A stretch of DNA of 61,015 bases, the filler included, from Trypethelium eluteriae (Eukaryota), in assembly GCA_051942245.1 (NCBI GenBank). It is 4 parts of 4 records of this genome, joined end to end, with 100 filler letters (N's around TTAATTAATTAA, not from the genome) between each part and the next. Parts side by side here need not be neighbours in the genome. Positions count along the whole stretch, not along the records: positions 30,681 to 45,802 come from JAVECL010000657.1; positions 45,903 to 61,015 come from JAVECL010000658.1; 2 more parts are not named here. One strand, given 5' to 3'. Positions 34,304-46,898 of the stretch are shown one piece after another. The position numbers were made by a program, and so were the translations under genes. Position 1 is the first letter of the stretch. Each line of letters begins with the position of its first letter. Below the pieces are notes generated by a model. That model saw only the letters and a list, made by a program, of their open reading frames with translations. It was not told where the DNA came from and ran no database searches.

Positions 34304-37300
34304 TCACGACCAGATCCGGACTCTCATATCGTCGCTGGCTGTCGCAAACAAGCCTCGACTTGGGCTCGCTGAGACTGAGAGAACTGTCCAGCGTAATCAG
34401 CAAACTACATAAAACGTGCATTCACAGCTTTGTCACACTCACCAGAGCCTCGGTGGCCGTGCAAGAAAAGTAGAGGTCTGCCGGTATCTGAATCCCAAAA
34501 GTGTACTCCTGTGTCCCTTGAACCGCTAATCAGCAAGGGCCGCTCTCCTTGACGCATTGTTGTCACGCTCAGTACAAAGTCCTAGAAGCAATTGATTAGC
34601 AATGCACACGTCTCACAGTGCCATGAGGCTGCGCTTACGATGTGGCCTTTGAATGTCCGCACGCATTGGCCCGCACTGCCAAGATAGGAAGTTAGATCCC
34701 ACATCTTCACTGTCTTGTCTCTACTGGCAGTGAACAAAAACAGGCCGTCAGGGTCGAAGCACACCGAGCAAACGCCGCCGTGGTGACCGTTAGGGTCAAA
34801 TTCGGTGCCCCCTAAGTGCCAAACCAGCACACCCGTACTTGTATCCCATACGCGCGCGCTATTGTCGAGTAGACCAGCCGCGACCCAGCGACCATTATCG
34901 GATATAGCGACCGAGTTGATTCGAGCTCTCACGGAGAGCGTCATCTGCAGCTGCCCTGTCGTGGTACTCCAGAGACGGACTTTACAGTCGCCACTCCCTA
35001 AGGCAACGATGCTGGCGTTCTTAGCGAAGTCGACCGAGCGTATGTCCTGTGTATGACCCATCAATCTATACCGAATCCGTCCGACCGGTACTTGCCAAAT
35101 CTAGAGTCCCATGAGCATAAAAACAGACTAAAGACAACGATACACATACCCTGACAATGCCATCGTCAGCACCGGTAGCCAGATCCCGGCCGTCAGAGCT
35201 AAAGCAGACACTTTGAATAGATAGATCGTTATATTTAGGTAGGTAATTGTCAACCAGACTCATGCATAACTGGCCGGTCACTACGTTGAAAATCTGCGTT
35301 GAGCGTTTGCTTCCTGTGGCCACGAAGAAGCCATCCCAGCTGAAACAGATACAGGTGACAACGCTCTGATGGATAAAGGTGTGAACCGGCTTGACGTCGA
35401 GCTCGCGGAGATATCTCGGGTTGTAGATGCAGTGCCAATCATCGCCAATAGTCTTGTAGTGCTCAGACACGTCATCTAATTGAAGATTGCCCAGCATATC
35501 GTCCACATCCGACGGCGTTGGAGCAGAAGAAGACAGGCTCTGATTGGACGTGGCTTGGTTGCCTTTGAGACCAGGTTCTGAGTCCTTTGCGGTCGATGCG
35601 TCAACTTTTTCATTAGCCATCCGACGAACCTTAGCTGGGATTGGGACCATCGCTTTCTCGTCATGACTACGCATATGGGTACGAAGCCCTTTGTGACTCT
35701 TGAATCCGATGCGATTCCATTGGCATTCGGATACTTGACAGAAGATGCGCCGCAAATGTGTTGCTTCGTGTTGAGTCCTCAGTCGGTCTGAGGCAAAGCT
35801 ATTGGGGACTTTTGGACAGGACGGATAGCGACAACGGAAGGCCGAGGAGGCATACAATTGTTTGAAAGCATCAAGCGTAAGCGTCGCGACGCCTGGCACC
35901 TCCTTTTGGCCGAGAAGGCTGAGTACCCCACAATTGAAAGCCATTGCGAGTTTAGTAAAGAGGGTTCGATCGTGATTGAAGGCGTAAGTCTCGGCAGCTA
36001 CATCACGATTTCAATTAGCCTATGTTTCTAACTCGTCGAGCTTTCATAGAACTCATGTCTCTGCGGAAGGCTTACCTTCTCCGCTCTCACAAGCTTCTTG
36101 ACGTGCCAACCAACGCATATGCAGTATTTCTCGAACCAAATCATGTATGGGCAGATGAGCGAGCAATCTGAGTCGTTTGTCTAGTTGATTGAATGAAGCA
36201 TGTTCGTTCCCGTAAGCAGACTTCTCTTCATGTACCTTGGTAAGATGGAGTAAGTTATTGTGCTTGCTAAGGAATGAGGAAAGGTGCAAAAAGAGTGCCC
36301 GATCTTGTTCAAACGCGCCACCCGTAGAAGCGTAGAGAAAGAGGTGCTCAATCCAGTTTTCGATTGCGTAAGGGATCAAACCATGCACACCACTCACAAT
36401 ACGCCTCAGGCGACTTTGTTCAGTGCTTTCAGGATCTACAAGATCAAGGCCTGACGAGAGTGTTGCCATGCACGCAAACGATATATCGCAGTGACTTTCT
36501 AACGGCCGAAAGAAAACAGAGGTCGCAGACTTCATCAAAAACCTATGGCCTTCAGTCAAAGTGATGATTCTTTGGTGCGTATGTACATACTCTTGGACCG
36601 AGAAATGAACAAACGTCACGGAACCATCAGATCGCTCCTCGATTAGAGGCTTGCAGATCTCAAGGAGTCGCGCATTCGGTAGGCTGCTAGCATCCAAAAT
36701 TGTCCCGTCTGAATGAAGAGCAGACGCTGGAAGCAGTTCAAACTTTGTCAGTGGCCTCTTCGAGTAGCAGATCCATCGTAGGATTCGTGACGCTCTCTCC
36801 TTATTCCGAGGATTACGTTCGTCACAGATACGTCTTAGAATCCGTTCATACCTAATAGAGGCTTTAATTAATAATTGAGAAGGATATGTGCGGAGAGAGC
36901 CCTTACAGCTCTGATAGATCCGATGGTAAATCTTCAACAATTTCATGAAGTTCTTGAGGGCTGTAGACACTCTCCAGAGAGTTTAGAACCAGTGAAACCC
37001 ATAGAAACATGCCTAGATTCTCTATCAGACAGCTCAAAACACAACAGTCCGGACAAAATATTACCATCCGCTTTTTCTACAAGCTTGCGCTGAATATCAC
37101 GCCGTGCGACGCAAGTAGGGTCCAGTTCGTCCAAATCGTCCTTTAACTCAGAAAGTCTTGTCCGGATAAAGCATTCGATAGATAGATTGATTGATTGATG
37201 TTCATCGGCAAGAGAGAGCGACATTGTTAGCTTGGTTTTTCTCCGCAGAATTCGAGCGACATTGGGTACATCTCGGGTAGATATCAAGATTTTGCAGATA

Positions 37301-38759
37301 TGAGAGGATGTATCAGTTGATAGCAGCTGTAGGGCGTCATCCGTAATGAATTTCTGGTCGTTCGAATCACATTCGTCGATGCCATCAATCACAAGGTGTG
37401 AATGACTATTGCTAGCTAGAATCCGGGGAAGAAGATCTCTTAATGCCTTTAAAGATGGCGTGAAATGAGATAAGACGAATTCGTCGTGGACATAGGCCAC
37501 AAGGTCTGGGCTCTTCTGGATGATCTGTGCTGCAAGTGATCGGAGAAGATAGGCGGAGCTATCAGCAACGCTCACTCGATAATTAAAGAAATAATAGAAA
37601 ACATTAGCGTTAGAAGACTGCATTGATTTTACAAGGTTCGAACAGAGGACACTTTTGCCTTTGGATAAAGTTAGTACAGCTCCTCCGTATACGTCTTTGC
37701 TCTGACACAACATCCTGACTTACCTGCTCCTGGTTTACCATGTAGCCAAACCAACGCATGGGTTGGACTGTCCTTCATCCATAGCCTTATTTTAGAATGT
37801 TCTGTAACCCAAGCGCAGCTATTAGGTTGGCAAGCCTTTGAGATTCGGTCAATTTCGTCCGCTTGGGGGTTACCGCTTAATCCCAACCAGGATAAAACGC
37901 GAACAAGCTGGGCCGCTTGTCTTTCTTGGTCGTCCTTTTCCCATTGCTCGGTCTGCTCTTTCCTTCGCTCTGTGGCCTCGGCAACGTTGACCGCAATAGC
38001 TTCCTTGTCAACGAGCTCGCTATGATATGACAATCTTGCCAATATCGAACTAAATCGAGAGTCAAAACCTCCCCACATAGAATTGAAGAAAGTCTTCCAT
38101 GCTGAAATGTCATAGTTAGCTACAGTTGAGCTTGGAAAACACGGACTCACCACTCCTACGCACGAATTTGTATGTACGGCGATGAAATTCGAGAATGTCG
38201 CCATAGAAGAATGCGAGGACCGCTTGAAAGTTATGATCAGCCTTGAGGGCCGAACTCAGGCGATCAAATCGTGGCAGAGTATCTGCGATCCTCCCATAGG
38301 CCTCTATCAGGCTGTCCAAAGCTTGGAGGTAATCAGCCGAAACCTGATTGACACTGGTTCAGTGATCAAGACACAGCCAGTTCCTCAAAAAAGCTCACCT
38401 GGATCATCAACTTGATTGGAGCCTGGCACGCAGTACATATTAGCTAGAGCACCCCTCAGCATGTGACCAAGACTAACCCATATCCAGGGAAGATAAGGTG
38501 TGCCATTGCACAGGACTTCAATTGACTTGGAGTAGCGTTCCAAGCCTTGCAGAAACGGGTGCAAGCGTCGCATGTTTCGCAAAGATCGCCGGGCAGCAAG
38601 CTGCCTCTCGGTCTGAACTGCAGCATTTCTAACGTCTTCGAGACTTGTCGAGCTAAAGTCACGACGTTCCTCCGGCGTGACTGATCTGCTGAATCTCTCG
38701 AAGGCTTCTTGAAGGGTTTTGCGGGCTTGAAGCGAGGTGGGAGCGACCTGCTGCGTCAT
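34304..38759 (-). CDS. NLR-like STAND protein: helical N-terminal domain, NACHT, two C2H2 fingers, Tup1/RcoA-like WD40 propeller
   Basis: Multi-exon from ATG 38759. N-terminus with LRNMRRLHPFLQGLERYSKSIEVLCNGTPYLPWIW/APIKL; Walker A WLHGKPGAG/KS (intron-split near 37720); Walker B LVIDGIDEC; FVHFSVQE; CRYPSC..H...H and CQVSEC...H...H; WD40 region GDDWHCIYNP..RELDVKPVHTFIHQSVVTCICFS...ATASDDMRVRIWS. The 3' end may include one more small exon. Confidence 0.88.
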
Positions 38760-39249
38760 CGCTTGCTCGAGCTCTACCGAGGTACTTACCTGGTAGAGTA
38801 GGTACTTGGTACTACCTACGTAATTAGAACAGGGAAATTGGGTACAAGTACGGTACGATAGCAACTTCACATCTCAATCTTCACGCTGCTGCGGCCCTCA
38901 AAGTCCACGTATTGCAACTCACTGAGACTGGAACAGCAGGATGCTTGCAAATTATATGTCAAGACTGGTCGCCGTGAGGCGGAATCATGAGCAGCCTCAT
39001 GCAGCCTGACTTCACTCCACAGTCATTCGCATTGCGACAGCATGCAGCCTGCGGGCTGTGCTGGTAGAGCGTACTCCTACGTCCCTTAGCGATTTCTGTA
39101 CTCACAGATTCTGGCTCCTGATTCAATGAATTTGATTATGAGCGGTTCACCTGCTTGTTCATTTCTCTTTGTCCAAGAACAGCGTATGCCTGCTAACCTA
39201 GCCTCGCCGTCCATCTTCCTTTCTTGCCCCACTGTGTAGACAAATCTCA

Positions 39250-42200
39250 ATGGCCTATATCGAGGATGATCCTATTTCACGATTGAAGCGACGGCGCCTT
39301 GAGAAACCGAAATTGAACGAGGATGTCACATGGATAAGTAACAAGGGATGGCAACCTGCAGAGACAGTCTTCGAGTCGGACTCTGCAGTTGCAAATGTTA
39401 GCACTGAATCAAGTTCGTGCATAGATATCAAAGACTGTACTGAGTCAGTGGATGAAGGGACCGTAGTTTGTTTCGGCATGGTAGGTAAACCACAGCAGTG
39501 GAGGAATCAACTTTGCTGATGCTTCCTAGATTATAGACCTGCCCGTAGTCCTACCCTCCCACACCGTCGACCTCCGAACCCCAGCCCGGAGACCAGTATG
39601 CCTCGATCCCGATGACAGAGTTTATCACTGCTCTGACGGGAATCTTATTGGGACATTAGATGCCCATGCGGCAGAGGCTCTATCCAAGCTTGAGACTGAT
39701 GGGCAAATTGGGCTTCAATTATGCTATTCTATATCGACAGAGACGCGGCTAAATAGGCGCGGAAAAGCCTCTGGGCTTCTGGAAGTTATCTTGTACGGTC
39801 CCAAAGGCAGGGCTGATGATGTGGGAGATTTTGTGGCAAAGTGTGGACATTATTTGCAGGAGCCTTTGGGGTGCGATCGTAATGTGCCATACTGCAACCC
39901 CCATTGCCTCTCAAGCCTCGATGGGAGTTTACCGATGACCTTCCATTTACGTGAAGAACAGCCGCCTGTCCTGCAAAAATTAATACGACAGACTAAGGAC
40001 GTACTCGCCCATTTCGAGACTTCTGAGGCACTAAAAGAAACAGATACGCCGAGTACCCTACGAACTCAATTGCAAGCGTAAGTTGATGCATTAGCAGATA
40101 AGATTGGACACTGACGACCAATCATGACAAGACATCAGCGACAGGCGCTTACATTTCTCCTCAGACGTGAGAGAACAGGTGCAGGGGTTTGGGTCAATGA
40201 AACAAACTTTGCAGGCGCCGCCATGTAAGTAGCGAGTTCGCTAATTCATTTGTCAGTGCTAACTGTCCAGATATGTCAATACCGTGTCAGGTGAAAGACA
40301 GCTTGAGCGACCTCCTGCCTGGAGAGGTGGTATACTAGCGGATGAAATGGGTCTTGGGAAAACTTTAAGCATGATTGCTTTAGTTGTAGCCGGGAAAGCT
40401 ACGAACAAAGATGACCGCCACTCTCAGCATGGCAATTCACTCAGCTCGACACTTATCGTAGTGCCTCCTAATGGTATGAGGAAAGAAGACGATGTTCAAC
40501 AATTTGCTCCAGAGTTGCTAATGTGCCGTGCAATAGTGCTTTCGGAGTGGGAGGCTCAAATAGAAAGGTGAGTCTCTACTATGACACTGACGCTGAACAC
40601 CGCTGAGTCCTGCGAGGCATTCGGTTCCGAATAAGATTACTTGGTTTAGGCATCATGGTGCAAGCCGCTTCAAACCTACAGTAATTACCAAAACACCAGA
40701 CATTGTCCTGACCACTTACCAAACGGTCGAAAGTGAGCAGCGAAAGGGGCAGCTTGGCAATGATTCCATCCTCTCACTCCACTGGAATCGTACTATTCTT
40801 GACGAAGGTATGGTCTAACACCTTGCCAAAGATGATAAAAGATCCTGATAGAATAGCACACGTCATTCGCAACTGCTCGACCGCAACTGCTAAGGTCACT
40901 GCCTCCCTGCATGCAACATATCGATGGGCCATTTCCGGCACGCCTATACAAAACAGCTTGACCGATTTCCTTGGGCTGCTGAAGTTTCTACGTTTTCATC
41001 CCTACGATAATACACAGAAATTTGACGACGACTTGTCCGAACCATGGCGAAATGGGAATTTTGAAGAAGCTGTTGAGAAGTTCAAGAGGCTTCTTTCTTG
41101 CATTATGATACGCCGATCGAAGAATTCTACCGTGGAGCTACCTCCGAGGGATGATCAAATCATCCGCGTCCCATTCAGCCCCGAGGAGAAAGCTTATTAC
41201 CGTAAAATTGAGCAACCAGTCGTAGAATTGCTTGACGATGCTTCAAAGACACGTTATGGCACGGGCGGAGTTTGGCTCAATGCAATCCAGCAGATACAGC
41301 GGCTACGTTTAGCGTGTAATTTGGGCGTTGGCAAGAGATCTTCACACCCAACTCGAACGCGATCAAACATCATGGGTGGCGATATGACCTTGGAGGTTCT
41401 TGGAGCTCGTTTATCAATGGGCGCCATTTTCTGTGAGCACTGCCTACAGGCAGTCGATGTGTCGGAAGCTGACGCCTTTTCTGACGGGCTGACTGTTTCC
41501 CCGCCTGTCTATTACACTTCTTGTCTGCGTACGTTTTGTTCCAGTTGTGCAAATATTCTCCATTTCGACGTCGCAGGGCCTTGTGCATGTGGACCCAGAG
41601 CTACTCCTTGCACGTTGCGACCTCTTCTTTGGAGTCAGCTCACGCCGAGACTGACTTCAAATGAGTCCTCCATGTCCCCTGAGCCATCTGAATATCAAAC
41701 AAAACAAGTCTCGAGTAAAGTCAAGACCGTGGTTTCAAACATCCAGGCCAACCCGGCCGAGAAGAGGTAACGTTTCTTCCGCAAGTCTTTCACAACAAGC
41801 AAGTAGGATTTCGACTAATGTCCTGCAACGTGTCCTTAGTGTGGTATTTTCCTTCTGGACTTCAAGCTTAGACGTGGTGCAGCATGCTCTTGAGGTAGCT
41901 GGCATTCGTTGCGTTCGTGTAGATGGCAACGTCTCTCTCAACAACCGAAAGCGTGCTCTGAAGCTCCTCGGCGACGACCCCGAGACCAAAGCGATCTTGT
42001 TAACGATTTCGTGTGGTGCTATCGGGTAAGTGAATTCGTGCCCTGCTCGTTTCACCAGTCTCTCGGGCTGACAGAGCTGGTTCTCGAGGATTGATCTCAC
42101 AGCTGCATCTCGCGTCTATTTGCTTGAACCTCAGTGGAACCCCTCGTTGGAGGACCAGGCTTTGGCTCGAGTCCACCGCGTCGGACAGACTCGCCCAGTG

Positions 42201-42497
42201 ACAACGATCCGTTGCGTCATGGAAGATTCCATTGAAGAGGTCAGTGCAAGTCCCTTAATTTCCGAAAGCCAACCAGAAGCTGCGGCGCGAAGAACAACGC
42301 TCTTGTGCTGACTCGTCTCACTGCTAGCGTATCATAAATATCCAGGATAGGAAGAAGTTGTTAGCGTCTCTCCTACTATCAAATGAATCATCATCGCAGG
42401 TTAGTAGAGGATGCCTTTATCCCTTCTGCACGCGCGTACGTCAGATCACTGACATATTTCTATTCAGCAATTGCGATCCCTGGTCCGAAGAATGTGA
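39250..42497 (+). CDS. SNF2-family helicase/ATPase (Rad5/16-like group, degenerate RING insert)
   Basis: Many short exons. Motifs VCFGM, RHQRQAL, GGILADEMGLGKT, ILDE/AH, RWAISGTPIQNSL, Cys-rich insert (CEHC...C..FCSSC), VVFSFW, RVDG, EPQWNPSLEDQALARVHRVGQ. Confidence 0.92.
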
Positions 42498-43624
42498 GTC
42501 TTCCGAGTAATCTAGGCAAGCGGAGAATCTAGTCTTTTAAATGGCAAGACTATTCGATGCTTGGGTGAGGCATGCAAAAGAACGGCCTGCATACCTCACT
42601 CCTACGAAGCTTCTCTATCCTCACTCACTGCTTTAATACGCCTCCTCGCCCGACTGCACACACCACATGTGCCACCTATGCAGGATCCTTAGGTCTCAAT
42701 GCACGTGGACGAACTATCATCAACCAAAGTAGGGTTCTATCTAAAGCATCACTACAGATTTCACACGTCTGCGTGCAAAAGCTGGAAATGGCATTAATCT
42801 CAGCAAATCAAACTCCAGACTTGTACAATGGCGATGCCCTCCCTAGGCATTAAGAAGCGCTAAGTAATATTCGAATTAAGTCAGAAAGAGACGGGTGCGC
42901 CAGGCTCGGAAAGGGAAAGCAATGAACATTTTCACCGCGCAAGGTTGCAAGCCACCCTAAAACGCCAGAGACTTCCAGGCCGCCTTGCGGAAGAGCCCGA
43001 CTCAGTCCTGCCAGGATGCAATTTAAATGCAGAGCCGTGCGCGGCAGCAGTGTAAGATACAAATGCTGTAGGCTATCGATCGGCTGAACTACGACAGGTC
43101 GACGAAGTCTGGACTTTGTGAGCAGAGACTCTCTCCGGTCTCTTATTGCCAAATCTCAATCTGGAGCTCAAGATAACTCTGAGGACTGCGGATCTCGCGA
43201 GATTTAAGAATAACTATGGTCAGGACGAACGGAGACTCGAGGACCATGAAAGGATTGCGGGAGCATTAGGAGTCACTTCTCGCTCGATATGTTGCTGTGG
43301 GGCCCCAGGGTACAAAAACTTGGAATGAAAGTGTCATAGAGCTCTTCCGCTAATGCTCTTCGAATGATGTGTAAAGACAGGACTAAGAGCCTTTTCGTCT
43401 TTATTTGAGACTCACCCAGAAACATATGAATTGCAATATTCGCCACGTCAAAAATCACCAGGTCTTACGAATGAACCTCTGATCTGTTCCCCGTGAGTGC
43501 GTTCGAGAGTATTTGTAACGGGTGCTTTATCTCAAAAAATACTATGTGCCTTGGACATTGTAGCCATACTCACCAAGCAATTATGCAGTCTGACTGTCGT
43601 ATTGGTGCAATGCTCTTTCACCAA

Positions 43625-44098
43625 CTACTTCCCTCGGGGCCGTTTTCCACCGCGCTTCGTCAAAGCCAGGTCATGCTCTTCCTCGGGTATAGATTGCTTT
43701 AGTAAAGATAAGGGCGAGTTGCTGGTTGGTGGATTGAGAGTAGGTTCACACTCGGATATTAGAGAGGAGGAATTCGCTCTAGCCATATCCACGGGAGCCA
43801 TTGCGCGACTGGATAGATGGTCCAGGATGACACGCAAGCTTTCAGTAATGTACTCCAACACAGCAACCGGTTCTTCAAGCCGCGTTATGTTATGAATGAT
43901 ATTCTTTTGTATGCCGACAGGACTCTCTTCACCACTCTGCATTAAAACGTCCATGATATCAGAGGATTTCCCTGTAGATTCTTTATTAAGCCTGGCGTTG
44001 TCTTGAAGTATATTAAGCGCCTTGCGCTTGAAATCGCTCGAAGGTCGATGCACTGATGATTCCGTGACGTTGCGTGCGTAAGGTATGATGTCGTGCAT
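43625..44098 (-). CDS. Hypothetical protein or degenerate gene fragment
   Basis: 157-aa ATG-initiated ORF ending in a basic patch (KRGGKRPRGK). No family recognised; may continue by splicing or be a pseudogene. Confidence 0.3.
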   Translation of the reverse strand: MHDIIPYARNVTESSVHRPSSDFKRKALNILQDNARLNKESTGKSSDIMDVLMQSGEESPVGIQKNIIHNITRLEEPVAVLEYITESLRVILDHLSSRAMAPVDMARANSSSLISECEPTLNPPTSNSPLSLLKQSIPEEEHDLALTKRGGKRPRGK

Positions 44099-44944
44099 GG
44101 AGCAGTGACGGATGGTGATGGTAATGGTAGAGCGATCGAGGAGAGGTGAAAGACACCGTTTAGAAAGAGCGTTTTAAAAGATCACTACCTTGCACCGCCA
44201 ACTACGGAGGTCGTCGTCGTCTTTTTCAGAACCAGCGAATCGCAGCTCTTTCCCATCAATACCATGAGGCCAAACGTGAGTAAACCACTGTGAGCCTATC
44301 CATCAGGTAGCCTTACAGTTGGCTGCAAGGAGTTATATTCAGGAAGGTCACCTAGATCACTGTTAGTTGCACCGCGGCGATTCGGATAAATCCATTGGCC
44401 CAGGTGTCTTGAAAAGTTCCTCCAGATTCATGTCAGGAGCGATAATCACAATCCCATGAATGAATATCAATGACGCTTTCTTGTAGTCCTAGCCTAGGTG
44501 AAGAAAACTTTAAGTGATGAACTCTCGACAAAGTTCTGTGGTGTTGTGACGCTACCCGGCGGTGCCGGATTCCCATCTGCAATGTCTAAGGTATCATCTC
44601 GTCGTACGGCGCCGCACATGGGCCAAGCCAGCCTAATTTCAGCAATATCCCACTCTCTACCTTACCTACCTAATGGAGTATCCACGCGATCAACAACATG
44701 CAGCATACTCTACAGATATAGCTGACACTTCTTTTTAACACTTTTTTCAAATTCTTCAAAACACTCCGTTGAAAGTGCAAAAATGAAAAGACACCCTGCG
44801 TAATTAACTTATCCCAGACCGTGGACGTCCCGCACCACTGAGACATATGATTATGATTCTCTGAAGAGAGTCCCACTTTCACGATCGCGCGTACATTCGC
44901 TGTGACAACAGCTATTTTCTTCTTGCGGCTCCTGCCGCAGCACA

Positions 44945-45802
44945 ATGCGATGGCCATGGGAATCAGACTCGAAAAACGACGACGACAACAATCACAGCAA
45001 GACTTCACAAACCATCACCTCCATCTTCGGCTCGTCCAAAGACCGCAATGTGTCCTGGTCCGACAAGCTCAATGCAACAAATTGGCACCATGAGCTCACG
45101 CAGACCGCCATCGCGAGCGCCCTGCTGACCGGCACCTCCCTCTTCTTCATCGGCCTCTACAAATCCTGGCTACGGCGCGTCCCCAACGTCGACTTCATCA
45201 AGCCGCAACAGTATCGGAAGCGCTCCCTCCTCGGACGCGTCACCAGCGTCGGCGACGGCGACAACTTCCGCCTCTACCACACCCCCGGCGGACGCCTCAT
45301 GGGCTGGGGCCTCTTCCGGCGCGTCCCCAGCGAGAAGGCCCAGCTGCGAGACAGAACCGTACGTTACACCCCCCTTCCCCCCCCTCCATTCCATGCAACT
45401 CGCTACCACGATATCTGTATCCGCAGCAGCAAGACGAAGCTAACTGACCCACGCACCTCAGATCCACATCCGACTCGCGGGCATCGACGCGCCGGAACGC
45501 GCGCACTTCGGCCGCCCCGCCCAGCCCTACAGCGACGCGGCGCTGCACTGGCTCAGCAACACGATCCTGCACCGACGAGTGCGCGCCTACATCTACCGAC
45601 GGGACCAGTACGACCGGGTGGTGGCGCAGGTGTTTGTGCGGGGCGGGCTGTTGGGGCTGCGGCGGCGCGACGTCGGGTATGAGATGCTGCGGCGGGGGCT
45701 GGCGACGGTGTACGAGGCGAAGAATGAGCAGTATAGCGAGTTTGGCGGCAGGCGGGAGGAGTATGAGGCCGTGGAGAAGAGGGCGAGGGAGAAGGGCGTC
45801 GG
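44945..45802 (+). CDS. LCL3: Staphylococcal-nuclease-like endonuclease Lcl3 (3'-truncated at contig end)
   Basis: Exons 44945-45358 and 45462->45802. Motifs [51 protein letters not shown]. Confidence 0.93.
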
Positions 45803-45902
45803 NNNNNNNNNNNNNNNNNNNNNNNNNNNNNNNNNNNNNNNNNNNNTTAATTAATTAANNNNNNNNNNNNNNNNNNNNNNNNNNNNNNNNNNNNNNNNNN
45901 NN
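45803..45902. other. Artificial contig-joining spacer
   Basis: N44 + TTAATTAATTAA + N44. Confidence 0.98.
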
Positions 45903-46047
45903 CTGTGCGGAGGGGGCATTGCAGGCGGCGATAGAGGTTGATGCCGGCTGGGAGAGAGGGTTTGAGAAGGGAGGGGAGCGAAGAGGGTTGGACGGGGGAA
46001 TGGTGGTAGATTGTGATTGAAGACGAGGTGGGAGCGGGGTCGCTCAT
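45903..46047 (-). CDS. 5' fragment of a gene cut by the contig end (possibly a fungal GNAT-type acetyltransferase)
   Basis: ATG 46047: MSDPAPTSSSITIYHH...LLKPSLPAGINLYRRLQ. The LP....LYRRLQ pattern recalls the N-termini of fungal FR47-like GNAT proteins. Confidence 0.4.
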
Positions 46048-46898
46048 GGTCGATGGAGGGGTCAGGTACCAAGACTGAAACTTCTGGTGCATGTAGCCAC
46101 AGATTTATCTCCGGCTTTGACGAATTTTGGCAATAGATGAGTCATTGTGTGTGAAAGCCGTGCCACTTCTGTGCTTGCTAATGCAGATGCAGGATCATAT
46201 TCATTCGCACCCCTGGTTAAATGAACATAAAGCATTGGTCAGTCTGGATGCAACACTGAGCTACTCTAGGCATCTTTACTACAACTTTCCACGTGACGAA
46301 TATTGACAACAGATTTGTTGGCAGGTCGAAGGGTCTTGCAGTAGATAACGATTCAGGATCACAATGATGCAGACTAATTGGCAATCACTGAATCATATCG
46401 TTCGAGCAGGGTTGACAAGTAGGTTGTCGTGTCGGGTACGAGAATATGATAAAATCAACTGCCAGAATAGATGTTCTACGAGCTCATCATAAAGCATATC
46501 CTGGAGATGATCCACCGTGTCTTTAATGACAAATTTGGCATAGGTACAGGCGCTATTGACATGTTGTCAGTATCAGTATCGATTGGGTGATTGGCTCAAA
46601 GTACGAGGATCAATTTGACGGGTCATTAAAAAATTAGAGTGTGTTGTTGCGTTGTTTTTATTCCTCAGCGTGAAGACTCAGGGTTAAAAAGGTTTAATCA
46701 TGATATTTTGAGAATTTCATTGAAAGGGATTGACATACCTGGCGTCTGCGAGATGTAAATGCAAGAAGCGGCGAGAGGACGTCATTCGAACAGTCACGCA
46801 GGTTATGAGAAATCTTTCTATTTGAAATTGTTTCACTTGGCTCTTGATGTATATGACACCATTCGCTACTATGTGACATGCACTGCGTAACCACCCAC

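Noticed and set aside
15353..45802. NLR/SNF2 pair or P450 group as cargo of the DUF3435 captain
   Set aside because: The NLR/SNF2 pair is on a different contig, and the P450 group lies upstream of the captain, the wrong side for cargo.
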